Numbered from the stretch's first letter, positions 8,817 through 17,975 are shown. The stretch: DNA of 64,000 nucleotides from Candidatus Pacearchaeota archaeon CG_4_10_14_0_2_um_filter_35_33 (GCA_002792635.1 PFOR01000012.1:24475-88474), one strand, 5' to 3'. Translations and numbers: made by a program. Notes: a model not told the origin generated them from the letters alone.

Positions 8817-9115
8817 TGGAATATATATACGGAGCTTTGCTTTTGCACAAACTTGGTCAGCCGGTGAATGAAGATAATTTGAAGAAAGTTATTTCTGCGA
8901 CTGGAGCTGAAGTTGACGACACAAAGATAAAGACGCTGATTGCTTCATTGCAGGGGGTTGATATTGCTGCTGAGTTAGAGAATGCAAGCATGGCTGTTGC
9001 TGCACCTACAACTTCTGGAGGCGGAGCTGAAGAAGCAAAAGCAGAAGAGAAGAAAGACGAAGAAGAAAAGAAGCCGGAAGAAGCGGCTGCTGGACTAGCT
9101 TCACTGTTTGGTTAA
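8816..9115 (+). CDS. rpl12: 50S ribosomal stalk protein P1/L12
   Basis: MEYIYGALLLH...EEAAAGLASLFG. Confidence 0.98.
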   Translation: MEYIYGALLLHKLGQPVNEDNLKKVISATGAEVDDTKIKTLIASLQGVDIAAELENASMAVAAPTTSGGGAEEAKAEEKKDEEEKKPEEAAAGLASLFG

Positions 9116-9204
9116 ATTTTTATTTTAGTGGAGTTAGTAGTATTGTTCTATTTAGAAATAATAGGGAATAAGGTTTAAAAGGAATATTTTGATGATAATA
9201 TCGT

Positions 9205-9285
9205 GCCGCTGTTGGGCAATGGTCGCCCGCTGGTCTTGAGAACCAGTTTCCTCTGGATGTCCCGGTTCGACTCCGGGCAGCGGCG
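9205..9285 (+). tRNA. tRNA-Ser(TGA), no encoded CCA
   Basis: Acceptor GCCGCTG/CAGCGGC, D-stem GGGC/GCCC, anticodon stem CTGGT/ACCAG with loop CT-TGA-GA, variable hairpin TCC/GGA, T-arm CCCGG-TTCGACT-CCGGG, G73. Confidence 0.93.
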
Positions 9286-9286
9286 T

Positions 9287-9586
9287 ATGAAAACATTATT
9301 GGTTGATGGGATGTATTGTATTTATAATGAAGATTTTAATGTTAATTCTGAGTTATTGGAGATCAAAAAGTTCTTATGTTTTACCCAACACTAAAGTGTG
9401 GGGTTTGTTTGAACTTTTGGATGCTCAGGCAACCTTGACATAATCAAGAGATTTGATGTTAAAAAGATATTAGTGGTTAATGGGTTTAGAGAAAAGGGAA
9501 GGAAGGCTGTTGGCTGGGGATTTGAAGCATTTTCCCTGGAAGAAGAAGGAATAAAGAAAACGGATGAGGAATGTTGGAGAGTTTGA
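9287..9586 (+). pseudogene. HAD-like hydrolase pseudogene interrupted by a 78-bp insertion and 3'-truncated
   Basis: MKTLLVDGMYCIY..ELLE|IIKRFDVKKILVVN..FEAFSL..KKTDEE reads in one frame once 9362-9439 is removed. Confidence 0.55.
9362..9439. mobile_element. miniature hairpin insertion resembling an IS200/IS605-type end (PATE/MITE-like)
   Basis: ACCCAACAC-TAAA-GTGTGGGGT hairpin (9383-9404), outer AAAAGTTC/GAACTTTT stem, TCAA...TTGA ends; removal restores the flanking frame. Confidence 0.5.
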
Positions 9587-9752
9587 ACCCTGAGATAGAT
9601 TTGTTGATGATAATGAGGAATTGACTGGGAACGCTCAAAAGTATATGGATAGAATTCAGGAATTAACAGGAAAGGAATTTGTGTTGCATGGGACATGTCC
9701 AAGGAATACTGATGTTGTAGAAGTTAGGGATGTTATTAGAGGGGCAGCTTAA
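9579..9752 (+). pseudogene. C-terminal remnant resembling adenylosuccinate synthetase (PurA)
   Basis: EFEP*DRF..EELTGNAQKYMDRIQELTGKEFVLHGTCPRNTDVV resembles the PurA tail W..ELPxNAxxYIxRIEELxG..ISTGP. Confidence 0.5.
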
Positions 9753-10006
9753 TCAAACAACTTTTTCCAGAAAGATTTCTTTTCTTCCGGTTCTATTCTT
9801 TCATATGTTATTTTAGGTTTTGTTTTTAGGACTGGTGCTTTCCTAATCATCTCTTTTTCGACTTTTTCAAATGCCTTTTCTATAGAACGGATTGAATGGC
9901 CTTGATTGATTAGTGCCTGCCTTAAAGTTTCTTTTTGATACCCTTTTTTCAGATTCTTTTTAATATAAATTTGCAGTTGATACGTGTAGTCTGCCTGATT
10001 TACCAT
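9749..10006 (-). CDS. hypothetical basic protein (85 aa)
   Basis: YIKKNLKKGY..LRQALINQG small helical domain; TATA upstream. Confidence 0.7.
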   Translation of the reverse strand: MVNQADYTYQLQIYIKKNLKKGYQKETLRQALINQGHSIRSIEKAFEKVEKEMIRKAPVLKTKPKITYERIEPEEKKSFWKKLFD

Positions 10007-10041
10007 AAAAATACCTAGATAAGAGATATTTAAAGATATAT

Positions 10042-11511
10042 TTACTTTATTTCAATTGCTTCTGAAGATTTGAAGAACCTAATTGCCTGGTTCAATTTGT
10101 CTTTGGATTCGGCGTGGATTTCTATTAATATCTGACCTTTCTTTATTTTTTGACCTTTGTGGACGTGTAAAAATAAACCTGCTGCCTTGTTTACTGGTGA
10201 ACCTGCCAACCTGGCAAGATGATTAATTTCTTGATTGCGAATTTTTCTTACATTTCCAGAAGACTTGGATTCTATTCTTTTAACGAATTTAGCTCTTTTT
10301 AGATTCTTTAATGAACCATTTTGCGCCTTAATTATTTGTTCGAATTTTTTCAATGCCTTTCCAGAGTCAAGAATTTCCCTTGCTAATTTTTGGCCTTTTC
10401 CTTTTTTAGTTTTCCCAATCATTTCTAAGATTATTGCTGCAAGTTTTATTGCCTTGTCTTCCAAATCTTTTGGAGGGTTGTTTCTACTTAGGACTCTTAA
10501 GAGGTCTTTTATTTCTAATAATGGGCCAACTCCATTTCCAATTGGTTGACTTCCGTCAGTTAAAACAGTCTCTAGTTTTAACTTGAAGTGTTTAGCAATA
10601 TTCTTAAACTTTTTCTTTAGTTTTTTTGCACCTTTTTTGGAAACTTTTGCTCCTTCTCCGTAAGGGATGTCGATAAGAACATATTTACTTCCTGCAGCTA
10701 ATTTTTTAGCAAGTATTGATGCAATTAGTTGCGATTCGGGATCAAGGTGAATTATTTTTTCAACCTGGATTAATTTATCATCGGCTGGTGCTAAACCAAG
10801 TGATCCTCCCCAAGCCAAGCAAGCATTGGTTTTATTCACTATCCTTTTTAATTTTGCAATTGGAAAATCAATGTCTGCTACAGATTCAATAACGTCTGCT
10901 GTTCCTGCTGCCGTTGTGATTGCACGAGAAGAAGTTTTTGGCATCTTTATGCCTGCGGAAGCACAAATGGAAACAACTAGTGGTGTTGTTCTATTGCCCG
11001 GCACTCCTCCGATTGAATGCTTATCTGCTATTTTGGATGAACGCCAATTTATAATGTTTCCATTTTTATAAATTGATTCGGTTAGATATGCTGTTTCCTT
11101 TTCAGTCATTCCGCAATGATAGACTCCTGAAATAAAGAATGCAATTTCTGCTTCAGTTAATTTATCATCCACAATATCTTTTATTATTAAGTCAATTTCT
11201 TTTTTTGTATATTCCTTACAGAAAGCCTTTTTCCGCAATAAAAGTGAACTTTTCGGAACTGGTACAATTTCTAGTTCTACTCTATCGCCTGACTTAACTT
11301 TTAATTCTGAAATTATTAAATGGGATGCTCCTAGCTCTCCTGGATTAAAATAGCTCTCCGCAACGTCGACAATCCCTATCGATTTTCTTTTGTTGATTGA
11401 AACTTCTACTCTATCGCCTATGTTGATATTAAGTTTGACTGCATCAGCCTTGTTCATGTACACTATAGGTTTCCCTGCTCCAATCTTGAAAGATTTTATT
11501 TTAAACTTCAC
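10042..11511 (-). CDS. deoA: AMP phosphorylase (thymidine phosphorylase family, archaeal long form)
   Basis: N-terminal double-psi extension; DKHSIGGVPGN, PKTSSRAIT, GSQPIGNGVGP. Confidence 0.95.
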   Translation of the reverse strand: MKFKIKSFKIGAGKPIVYMNKADAVKLNINIGDRVEVSINKRKSIGIVDVAESYFNPGELGASHLIISELKVKSGDRVELEIVPVPKSSLLLRKKAFCKEYTKKEIDLIIKDIVDDKLTEAEIAFFISGVYHCGMTEKETAYLTESIYKNGNIINWRSSKIADKHSIGGVPGNRTTPLVVSICASAGIKMPKTSSRAITTAAGTADVIESVADIDFPIAKLKRIVNKTNACLAWGGSLGLAPADDKLIQVEKIIHLDPESQLIASILAKKLAAGSKYVLIDIPYGEGAKVSKKGAKKLKKKFKNIAKHFKLKLETVLTDGSQPIGNGVGPLLEIKDLLRVLSRNNPPKDLEDKAIKLAAIILEMIGKTKKGKGQKLAREILDSGKALKKFEQIIKAQNGSLKNLKRAKFVKRIESKSSGNVRKIRNQEINHLARLAGSPVNKAAGLFLHVHKGQKIKKGQILIEIHAESKDKLNQAIRFFKSSEAIEIK

Positions 11512-11513
11512 TT

Positions 11514-12548
11514 CTAATTCCCTTTTATAAACATCTTCGACAGTTCCTTGTTTTTGTAAGCTGTCAAAAATATGATTAAGTATGCAAGAATTAATGGACC
11601 AATTATAAGACCCATCAATCCAAATACAAATAGCCCACCTATCATCCCAATTAAAGCAATTACAGGAGAAATGCTGGATTGTTTAGAAACTATATATGGC
11701 CTAAGCAGGTTGTCTAAGGATGAAACTATTAATGCCCCATAAAGAATTAACAATCCCCCTGCTATTGGGTTTCCTGTTGTGAATAAATAAAGGGCTGTAG
11801 GCAGATAAACAAGCCAGGGTCCAAAGAGTGGAAAAATAGCGGTAAATACTGCGATTACTGTTAATAGAAATGCCTTGGGAACTCCGAATACAAATAATCC
11901 GATTCCTGTTGCGATGCCTTGAATTACTCCAATGATTATATATCCGTACACTATGGAATTTGTGATTCCCTTAAACTCCTTGACAAATATTTTTTCTTGT
12001 TGCTTGTTTAATGGAGATAGTTCTGAAACGTATTCCCCTAATTTCTCTTGATCCCTGAGTGCAAAGAAGAATACAAAAACGAAAACAGCACCTTGTAGCA
12101 GAAGGTTAGGGAGTCCTTTGAAAAAGTTTACTAGCCAATTTAATGAGCCTGAAACTGCGTTGCTAATGAAATTTGATGTAACTGATGTAACTTCTCTTAC
12201 AAATCCTTCAGAGGCCGTTGGGAATATTTTTGAGATTAGAGAAGCTATATCTAAACCTTGAAGTAGTGTGAAGAGTCCGAATACTTGACCTATTAATACC
12301 CTTAATGTGAACCACCCTAACACGACAATTACCAGTATTATTATTAAGGAGACTAGGAGTGCTGAGATGGTGGGTCTTTTAATTTTATTATTTATTTTTT
12401 TATAAAGTGGGTCTGCTATATATGCAAAGACCAATCCTGATAAGATTGCCAAAAAAATTGATTTTATCAAGAAAAAAGCTATTGCTAAAAGAACTACAAT
12501 TATTGCTACGGCAGTTAGTTTATTGAAGGATTTTCCATCTATCTGCAT
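11514..12548 (-). CDS. AI-2E (PerM) family transporter
   Basis: Multi-TM; DNLLRPYIV, IGGLFVFGLMGLIIGP. Confidence 0.92.
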   Translation of the reverse strand: MQIDGKSFNKLTAVAIIVVLLAIAFFLIKSIFLAILSGLVFAYIADPLYKKINNKIKRPTISALLVSLIIILVIVVLGWFTLRVLIGQVFGLFTLLQGLDIASLISKIFPTASEGFVREVTSVTSNFISNAVSGSLNWLVNFFKGLPNLLLQGAVFVFVFFFALRDQEKLGEYVSELSPLNKQQEKIFVKEFKGITNSIVYGYIIIGVIQGIATGIGLFVFGVPKAFLLTVIAVFTAIFPLFGPWLVYLPTALYLFTTGNPIAGGLLILYGALIVSSLDNLLRPYIVSKQSSISPVIALIGMIGGLFVFGLMGLIIGPLILAYLIIFLTAYKNKELSKMFIKGN

Positions 12549-12626
12549 AATATACTTGAGAAAATTTAGTATATAAACCTGTCTGGAATTGAAAATTTTT
12601 ATAAAGTCTGAATTCCGATATGATTA

Positions 12627-13328
12627 ATGAATGGGTTTGTAAAGAAGATATTTGACGGGAAAATTGATGATTTAGTACACTTGCAATTTGAGAAGTTTGG
12701 CCGGGGGGAGTATAAAGATAGGGCAATGGTATTGGCAAAAAGAGTAGGAAATAGAGTGAATATTAACACAACTGCTGAATATGGTAATGAATTTGTCAGA
12801 ACGATGGGGGATAAACTGGGAAATGGAAAGACTAAAGTTAGTGGGGTTGTAATCTCGACAAGGGATTTAACAGGTAAATTAAAGTTTGATGATAAAAAGC
12901 AATTTATGGGCGTTAAAAAATATATTATCTCTGACGAAATGACTGGAAAGGAAATTCTGGAGTTATGTGATGAATTTCCGAGGGCCTTTCTGGGGCTATC
13001 ATTTAAGGTTGGGGAAGATGAATTAAAGATAAAGCCAAAGGCTCCGAAATCTGGAAAACCATCTACAAAAGGAGGGAATAAGCTAAAAGTAGACTTCTGC
13101 AAGCTGAAAACAAGTGATGAAAAAATTATCAGGGCTGTTTTATTTGATGTTGACAACTTTAAGAATGTTGAGATTAAGCATACTTTCTTGATTAAGGACA
13201 TAATACTTCCAGAAGGTGTTGAGGACCCTAATAAGATGAGGGAGATGGCAAAAAGAAAGGGGAAAATAATCAGGGAAAGGAATGTTGATGGAATTGATTT
13301 GAAGGAAGAAAAGGATTTTGTTGTCTAA
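12627..13328 (+). CDS. hypothetical basic protein upstream of the S10 operon
   Basis: Intact 233-aa Lys-rich ORF with TATA upstream; family not recognised. Confidence 0.8.
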   Translation: MNGFVKKIFDGKIDDLVHLQFEKFGRGEYKDRAMVLAKRVGNRVNINTTAEYGNEFVRTMGDKLGNGKTKVSGVVISTRDLTGKLKFDDKKQFMGVKKYIISDEMTGKEILELCDEFPRAFLGLSFKVGEDELKIKPKAPKSGKPSTKGGNKLKVDFCKLKTSDEKIIRAVLFDVDNFKNVEIKHTFLIKDIILPEGVEDPNKMREMAKRKGKIIRERNVDGIDLKEEKDFVV

Positions 13329-13423
13329 TCCATAGATTTATAAATCATTAAAATCAGATTGTTCTGTGTGGAATAACTAAATTTGGTGGAGTTACGCCAA
13401 AATTAAGATGATAGTATTGAGAA

Positions 13424-14356
13424 ATGCCTACAACAACAAGACCAAGATTTGGAAGCTTGCAGTATTGGCCTCGTAAAAGGGCCAAAAAGTTTATTCCTAG
13501 TGTTAACTGGAGACACATTAAGGCCGATTCTGAAGGTATTTTGGGTTTGATTTCTTATAAAGTAGGGATGGGGACTGCAGTTGTAAAAGATAATACTGAC
13601 AAATCCTTGACGAAGGGTAAGAGAAAAGCTATTCCCGTGACTGTTCTTGAGGTGCCGAAGATGAAGATTTTCTGCGTAAGATTCTATAAAAACGGACAAG
13701 TTGCAAAAGATGTTATCGTTAGTAATGATAAAGAGCTCAAGAAGGTACTGAAAGTTCCAAAAAATGTTAGTGGTGATTTGGATAAAGTTGATGGGTGGGA
13801 TGACATCAGAATTATAGTTTATTCTGTTCCTGGATTCAAGAAGGTTCCGGATTTAGCAGAATTGGGGATAAATGCAGAGAATAAACTTGCTTTTGTTAAA
13901 AGCCTTATTGGGAGGGAAATTTCCCCAGAAGATATTATGAAGTGGAAATTAGTGGACGTTCGTGGATTAACAAAGGGAAAAGGATTGCAAGGGCCTGTAA
14001 GAAGGTTTGGGATAACATTGAAGGTTGCAAAATCTGAAAAAGGAAGAAGGAAGCCTGGAAGCTTAGGGCCTTGGAAACCATCAAGAGTTACGTTTAGAGT
14101 TCCTATGGCTGGACAATTAGGTATGTTTACAAGAGTACATTATAATAACAAGGTTATTGATTTTGGAAATGTGAAAGAAAAAGATGTGAATAAAAAAGAA
14201 GGTTTCAAGAGATATGGTAAAATAAAGGGAAATTATATTATTGTTGCGGGGAGTGTTCAGGGACCTAGCAAGAGGCAGATATTGATTACTCCTGCTATGA
14301 GGCCTAATAAGAAACAGAGCAAAAAGGATTATGAGTTATTGGAGGTTAAGTTCTGA
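13424..14356 (+). CDS. rpl3: 50S ribosomal protein uL3
   Basis: PRFGSLQYWPRKRA, TKGKGLQGPVRRFG. Confidence 0.98.
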   Translation: MPTTTRPRFGSLQYWPRKRAKKFIPSVNWRHIKADSEGILGLISYKVGMGTAVVKDNTDKSLTKGKRKAIPVTVLEVPKMKIFCVRFYKNGQVAKDVIVSNDKELKKVLKVPKNVSGDLDKVDGWDDIRIIVYSVPGFKKVPDLAELGINAENKLAFVKSLIGREISPEDIMKWKLVDVRGLTKGKGLQGPVRRFGITLKVAKSEKGRRKPGSLGPWKPSRVTFRVPMAGQLGMFTRVHYNNKVIDFGNVKEKDVNKKEGFKRYGKIKGNYIIVAGSVQGPSKRQILITPAMRPNKKQSKKDYELLEVKF

Positions 14357-15132
14357 TGAAAGGTGTACTGTATGATTTGAAAGGAAAGAAGAAAGGCGAG
14401 ATAGGAATGCCTGAATTATTTAACGGAAGAGTTAGAAAAGATATTGTCGCGAAGTTTTTTGAAGCTGATAAATTCATCCAACCTTATTCTCCTGATAGAA
14501 AAGCAGGAAAAAAGCATTCTGCTTCTGGAACTATAAGCCATAAGAGGCATGACTGGAAAGCCCACTATGGAAGGGGAATTTCCAGAGTTCCAAGGAAGAG
14601 CATGTGGCGAAGGGGGACTCAATTTTTCTGGGTTGGTGCTGAAATAGCCTCTACTAGAGGTGGAAGAAGAGCCCATCCTCCAAAAGGAATTGGGAAAGAA
14701 AAAAAGATTAACAAAAAAGAGATTAAGATTGCGTTTAATTCTGCTTTTGCTGCAACTGCGGATAAAGAGTGGATAGAAAAGAGATATTCTTCATTAGACA
14801 AGTTTGACACGAAAGTTCCTGTGATAATTGAGAGTAAACTAGAAAAGGTTAAAACCAAGGATGTGTTAAATGCTTTGAAAGAGATTTTTGGCAAATCATT
14901 TAACCTGATTGTCAAAAAAAGAAAGGTAAGGGCAGGAAAAGGCAAGGCAAGAGGGAGAAAATACAAGAGCAACGCAGGATTGTTAATTCTGAAGGGAAAG
15001 GATGAAAATTTCAAGTTGAATGGTTTTGATGTAAAGAATGTTAATGATGTGTCTATTTCTGACTTATATCCTTTGGGAAGATTAACTGTTTACACTGAAA
15101 AAGCAATTAAAGAATTAGGAGAAACAAAATGA
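14356..15132 (+). CDS. rpl4: 50S ribosomal protein uL4
   Basis: GRGISRVPR, TRGGRRAHPP, RAGKGKARGR. Confidence 0.97.
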   Translation: MKGVLYDLKGKKKGEIGMPELFNGRVRKDIVAKFFEADKFIQPYSPDRKAGKKHSASGTISHKRHDWKAHYGRGISRVPRKSMWRRGTQFFWVGAEIASTRGGRRAHPPKGIGKEKKINKKEIKIAFNSAFAATADKEWIEKRYSSLDKFDTKVPVIIESKLEKVKTKDVLNALKEIFGKSFNLIVKKRKVRAGKGKARGRKYKSNAGLLILKGKDENFKLNGFDVKNVNDVSISDLYPLGRLTVYTEKAIKELGETK

Positions 15133-15371
15133 TATTGAAACCAGTGACATCGGAAAAAGTTGTTAGAATGATGGACATGGATAATACATTGGTTTTCGAA
15201 GTTGAAAGAAAAACAAAAAAGGAAGAGGCAAAGAAAGAAGTTGAAAAAGTTTTCAAGGTTAAAATTGAAAAGATTAGATCTTCTATTAAGAAAAATAAGA
15301 AGTTTGTTTATGTTAAACTTAAGAAGGAGAATCCGGCGATTGATGTTGCAACTAAGCTGGGAATGATATAA
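15129..15371 (+). CDS. rpl23: 50S ribosomal protein uL23
   Basis: PVTSEK..NTLVFEV..AIDVATKLGMI. Confidence 0.96.
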   Translation: MILKPVTSEKVVRMMDMDNTLVFEVERKTKKEEAKKEVEKVFKVKIEKIRSSIKKNKKFVYVKLKKENPAIDVATKLGMI

Positions 15372-15375
15372 GAAA

Positions 15376-16074
15376 ATGGGAAAGAGAATAATTCAACAGG
15401 CAAGAGGAAAAGGAAGCTTAACTTATAGAGTTAGAAAAAAAGCATTTAGAAGGAAAGTTAAGTATCCATTGCATGAAGGGACCGCAAAAGTTGTTAAGAT
15501 TTTACATTCAAGCGCACATAGTGCTCCACTGATGAAATTAGAAGTTGTGGGGGAAATGTTTTACAACGTAGCATTTAATGGGGCCTCCGAAGGTATCAAG
15601 GTAAGTATTGGAAAAGGAAAAGCAGAACAAGGGAATATTCTTGCCCTTCAAAACATACCTGTCGGGACTAAGATATACAATATTGAAAGAAACCCTGGAG
15701 ACGGGGGAAAGATGATTAGAGCTGCCGGAAGCAGTGCTGTTGTTTCTAAGAAATATGAACATAACAAAATTGGAATTACGATGCCCAACAGAAAGGAAAT
15801 AAAGTTAGACAGGGGTTGCAGAGCCACGATTGGCGTGGTTGCTGGAGAAGGAAAGAAGCAAAAACCATTTTTGAAGGCAGGAAGAAAATATTATAAAATG
15901 AAAGCGAGAGGAAAGTTATATCCCAGAATATCTGCAGTTAGCGTAAATGCAATAGATCATCCATTTGGGTCTGGTAGAGGGAAGAGAATTAAGTCAAAGA
16001 TAGCTAAGAGAAATGCTCCTCCAGGAAGAAAGGTAGGACACTTAAGACCGAGGAGGACTGGAAAGAAGAAGTAA
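15376..16074 (+). CDS. rpl2: 50S ribosomal protein uL2
   Basis: MGKRIIQQARGKG, PGDGGK, DHPFG, APPGRKVG. Confidence 0.98.
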   Translation: MGKRIIQQARGKGSLTYRVRKKAFRRKVKYPLHEGTAKVVKILHSSAHSAPLMKLEVVGEMFYNVAFNGASEGIKVSIGKGKAEQGNILALQNIPVGTKIYNIERNPGDGGKMIRAAGSSAVVSKKYEHNKIGITMPNRKEIKLDRGCRATIGVVAGEGKKQKPFLKAGRKYYKMKARGKLYPRISAVSVNAIDHPFGSGRGKRIKSKIAKRNAPPGRKVGHLRPRRTGKKK

Positions 16075-16075
16075 A

Positions 16076-16513
16076 ATGGCAAAAGGAAAAAAATCTAAAA
16101 GGAAAAAGCAAAAACAAGAAATAAGAGTGGAGGGAAGAGAGAAATTTTATAGAGGGAAGAACCTTGAGGAATTAAAAAGCTTGGATATTAGGGAAGTTGC
16201 TAAATTGATGCCTGCAAGAAGTAGAAGAACTGTTTTGAGAAATTCAGATGTTATTCAAAAATTTATTAATTCATGCAAAAAAAAGAACTCAAGGGGAAAG
16301 AAGATAAGAACCCATAAAAGAGATTTAATTATAGTTCCTGGATTGGTAGGGATGGTTATTGCAGTTCATAATGGGAGGAATTTCGAGCAAGTTCCAATAA
16401 GCATTGAGATGATTGGACATAGGTTAGGAGAATTCTCCCAAACTAGAGGAAAAGTAAACCATTCTGGAGCCGGAGTTGGAGCAACTAAGGGTTCTAGGGC
16501 TAAGAAGAAATAA
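16076..16513 (+). CDS. rps19: 30S ribosomal protein uS19
   Basis: IRTHKRD, MIGHRLGEFS, GVGATKGS. Confidence 0.97.
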   Translation: MAKGKKSKRKKQKQEIRVEGREKFYRGKNLEELKSLDIREVAKLMPARSRRTVLRNSDVIQKFINSCKKKNSRGKKIRTHKRDLIIVPGLVGMVIAVHNGRNFEQVPISIEMIGHRLGEFSQTRGKVNHSGAGVGATKGSRAKKK

Positions 16514-16514
16514 A

Positions 16515-17090
16515 ATGGTAGAAGAAAAGAAAGACAAGAAAGTAAAGACGGAAGAGAAGTTTGTTGAGAAAGAAGCAAAGAAGGAAGAGAGAGTAGAAAC
16601 TAAGAAAGAAGAAGTAGAAGCAAAGAAGGGAAAGAAAGAAAATGATAAGAAAGATGGAAAGAAAGACAAGAAAGCAAAGAAAGTCGAGCCTAAAAGGCCG
16701 AAGAAAGATGAAGCTGTTGCTATCGGAAGAAATCTTAGAGTTTCAAAAAAGAATGCCGGTTACGTGTGTAGATTCATTAAGGGAAAAGATATTGATAAGG
16801 CAATTTTTGACCTTGGAGAGGTTATTAAAATGAGAAAAGCCGTTCCTTTTAAAGGAGAGATACCCCATAGGAAAGGAATGATGTCTGGAAGATACCCGGT
16901 TAAAGCTGCAGGAGAATTTATCAAATTACTTAAGGGATTGAAGGGAAACGTTATAGTTAATGGGATGGACTTGGATAAAACAAGGATATCTATTGCTTCT
17001 GCTAGTTGGAGTAGTAGGCCGATGAGGAGTGGAGGAAGAAAATCAAAGAGAACTAATGTTTTGTTAAAAGCAAGGGAGGCTAAGAAATAA
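16515..17090 (+). CDS. rpl22: 50S ribosomal protein uL22 with long K/E-rich N-terminal extension
   Basis: LRVSKK, AVPF, GRYPVKAA; ATG 16515. Confidence 0.95.
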   Translation: MVEEKKDKKVKTEEKFVEKEAKKEERVETKKEEVEAKKGKKENDKKDGKKDKKAKKVEPKRPKKDEAVAIGRNLRVSKKNAGYVCRFIKGKDIDKAIFDLGEVIKMRKAVPFKGEIPHRKGMMSGRYPVKAAGEFIKLLKGLKGNVIVNGMDLDKTRISIASASWSSRPMRSGGRKSKRTNVLLKAREAKK

Positions 17091-17776
17091 TGGAAGAGAA
17101 AAAATTTGTAAAATTTAAGAAAGAAGAACTTGGCGTTAAAGAATACATAAAGAGATCTCTTGGAAAGGGAAGAATTAGTGAGGTAAATATTGAATATACT
17201 CCTGTTGGTGAAAAAATTGTTGTTTCGACTAATAGGCCGGGACTTGTTATTGGTAGAAAAGGGGAAAAAATAAATGAAATGACTGCTGTTTTGAAAAAGA
17301 AGTTTGACCTTGATAACCCTCATATAGAAATAAGAGAAATACTGAATGAAAATCTTGATGCTCAAATTGTTGCAGATTTCATTGCTCTTGAACTTGAAAG
17401 AAAAGGCTCATTGAAATTTAAATTGATAGCTTACCGAAGTTTGAAGAATATAATGAACGCTAAGGCGCTTGGAGCGGAAATTGTATTGTCAGGAAAACTG
17501 CCAAGCGATAGAGCAAGAACCTGGAGGTTCGCTCAAGGCTACTTGAAGAAAACAGGTGATCCTGCAAAAGTTGTTAACAGGGCTCAAGCACAAGCAACAA
17601 CTCTCCAAGGTGTTGTAGGAATTAAAGTAAGTATCTTGCCACCTGGTGCTCACATACATGATAAAATTGTAGTTGATGAAGAATTAAGAAACAAAGTGAA
17701 GATTGTTGTTGAAGATGTTGAAGAAAAGCCAAAGAAAAAAGTTGGCAAGAAGAAATCAGGAGGTAAGAAGAAATGA
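17090..17776 (+). CDS. rps3: 30S ribosomal protein uS3
   Basis: RPGLVIGRKG KH domain, GAEIVLSGK, GVVGIKV. Confidence 0.98.
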   Translation: MEEKKFVKFKKEELGVKEYIKRSLGKGRISEVNIEYTPVGEKIVVSTNRPGLVIGRKGEKINEMTAVLKKKFDLDNPHIEIREILNENLDAQIVADFIALELERKGSLKFKLIAYRSLKNIMNAKALGAEIVLSGKLPSDRARTWRFAQGYLKKTGDPAKVVNRAQAQATTLQGVVGIKVSILPPGAHIHDKIVVDEELRNKVKIVVEDVEEKPKKKVGKKKSGGKKK

Positions 17777-17973
17777 GTTTGTTAAAATATAGTGAATTGG
17801 AAAAAATGGATAAGAGATCTCTTGAATCCAAGTTGAATGACTTGAAAATGGAATTGGCGAAGGCGAACGTTGCTGCAAACAAGCAAACCGCCAAGACCAA
17901 AGAGATTAAAAAGGCAATTTCAAGGATATTAACGTTCACCAAAACCCACAAGGTGGAGGTGAAAAATAAATAG
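17773..17973 (+). CDS. rpl29: 50S ribosomal protein uL29
   Basis: LNDLKMEL..EIKKAISRILT; operon position. Confidence 0.93.
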   Translation: MSLLKYSELEKMDKRSLESKLNDLKMELAKANVAANKQTAKTKEIKKAISRILTFTKTHKVEVKNK

Positions 17974-17975
17974 CC

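Noticed and set aside
9205-9285. Possible selenocysteine or suppressor tRNA
   Set aside because: Anticodon is TGA (reads UCA, Ser), not TCA; acceptor stem is a standard 7 bp.
9203-9394. ORF-track 63-aa ORF
   Set aside because: Its first half is the tRNA; only the part from ATG 9287 belongs to the HAD pseudogene.
9591-9593. TGA/TAG at probable Trp positions in several broken genes (also ~4220 and ~38157), suggesting stop-codon reassignment
   Set aside because: Many conserved genes (rpl1, rpl3, rps3, aglB) end in TGA and Trp is encoded by TGG; these are ordinary G-to-A nonsense changes in genes with other lesions.
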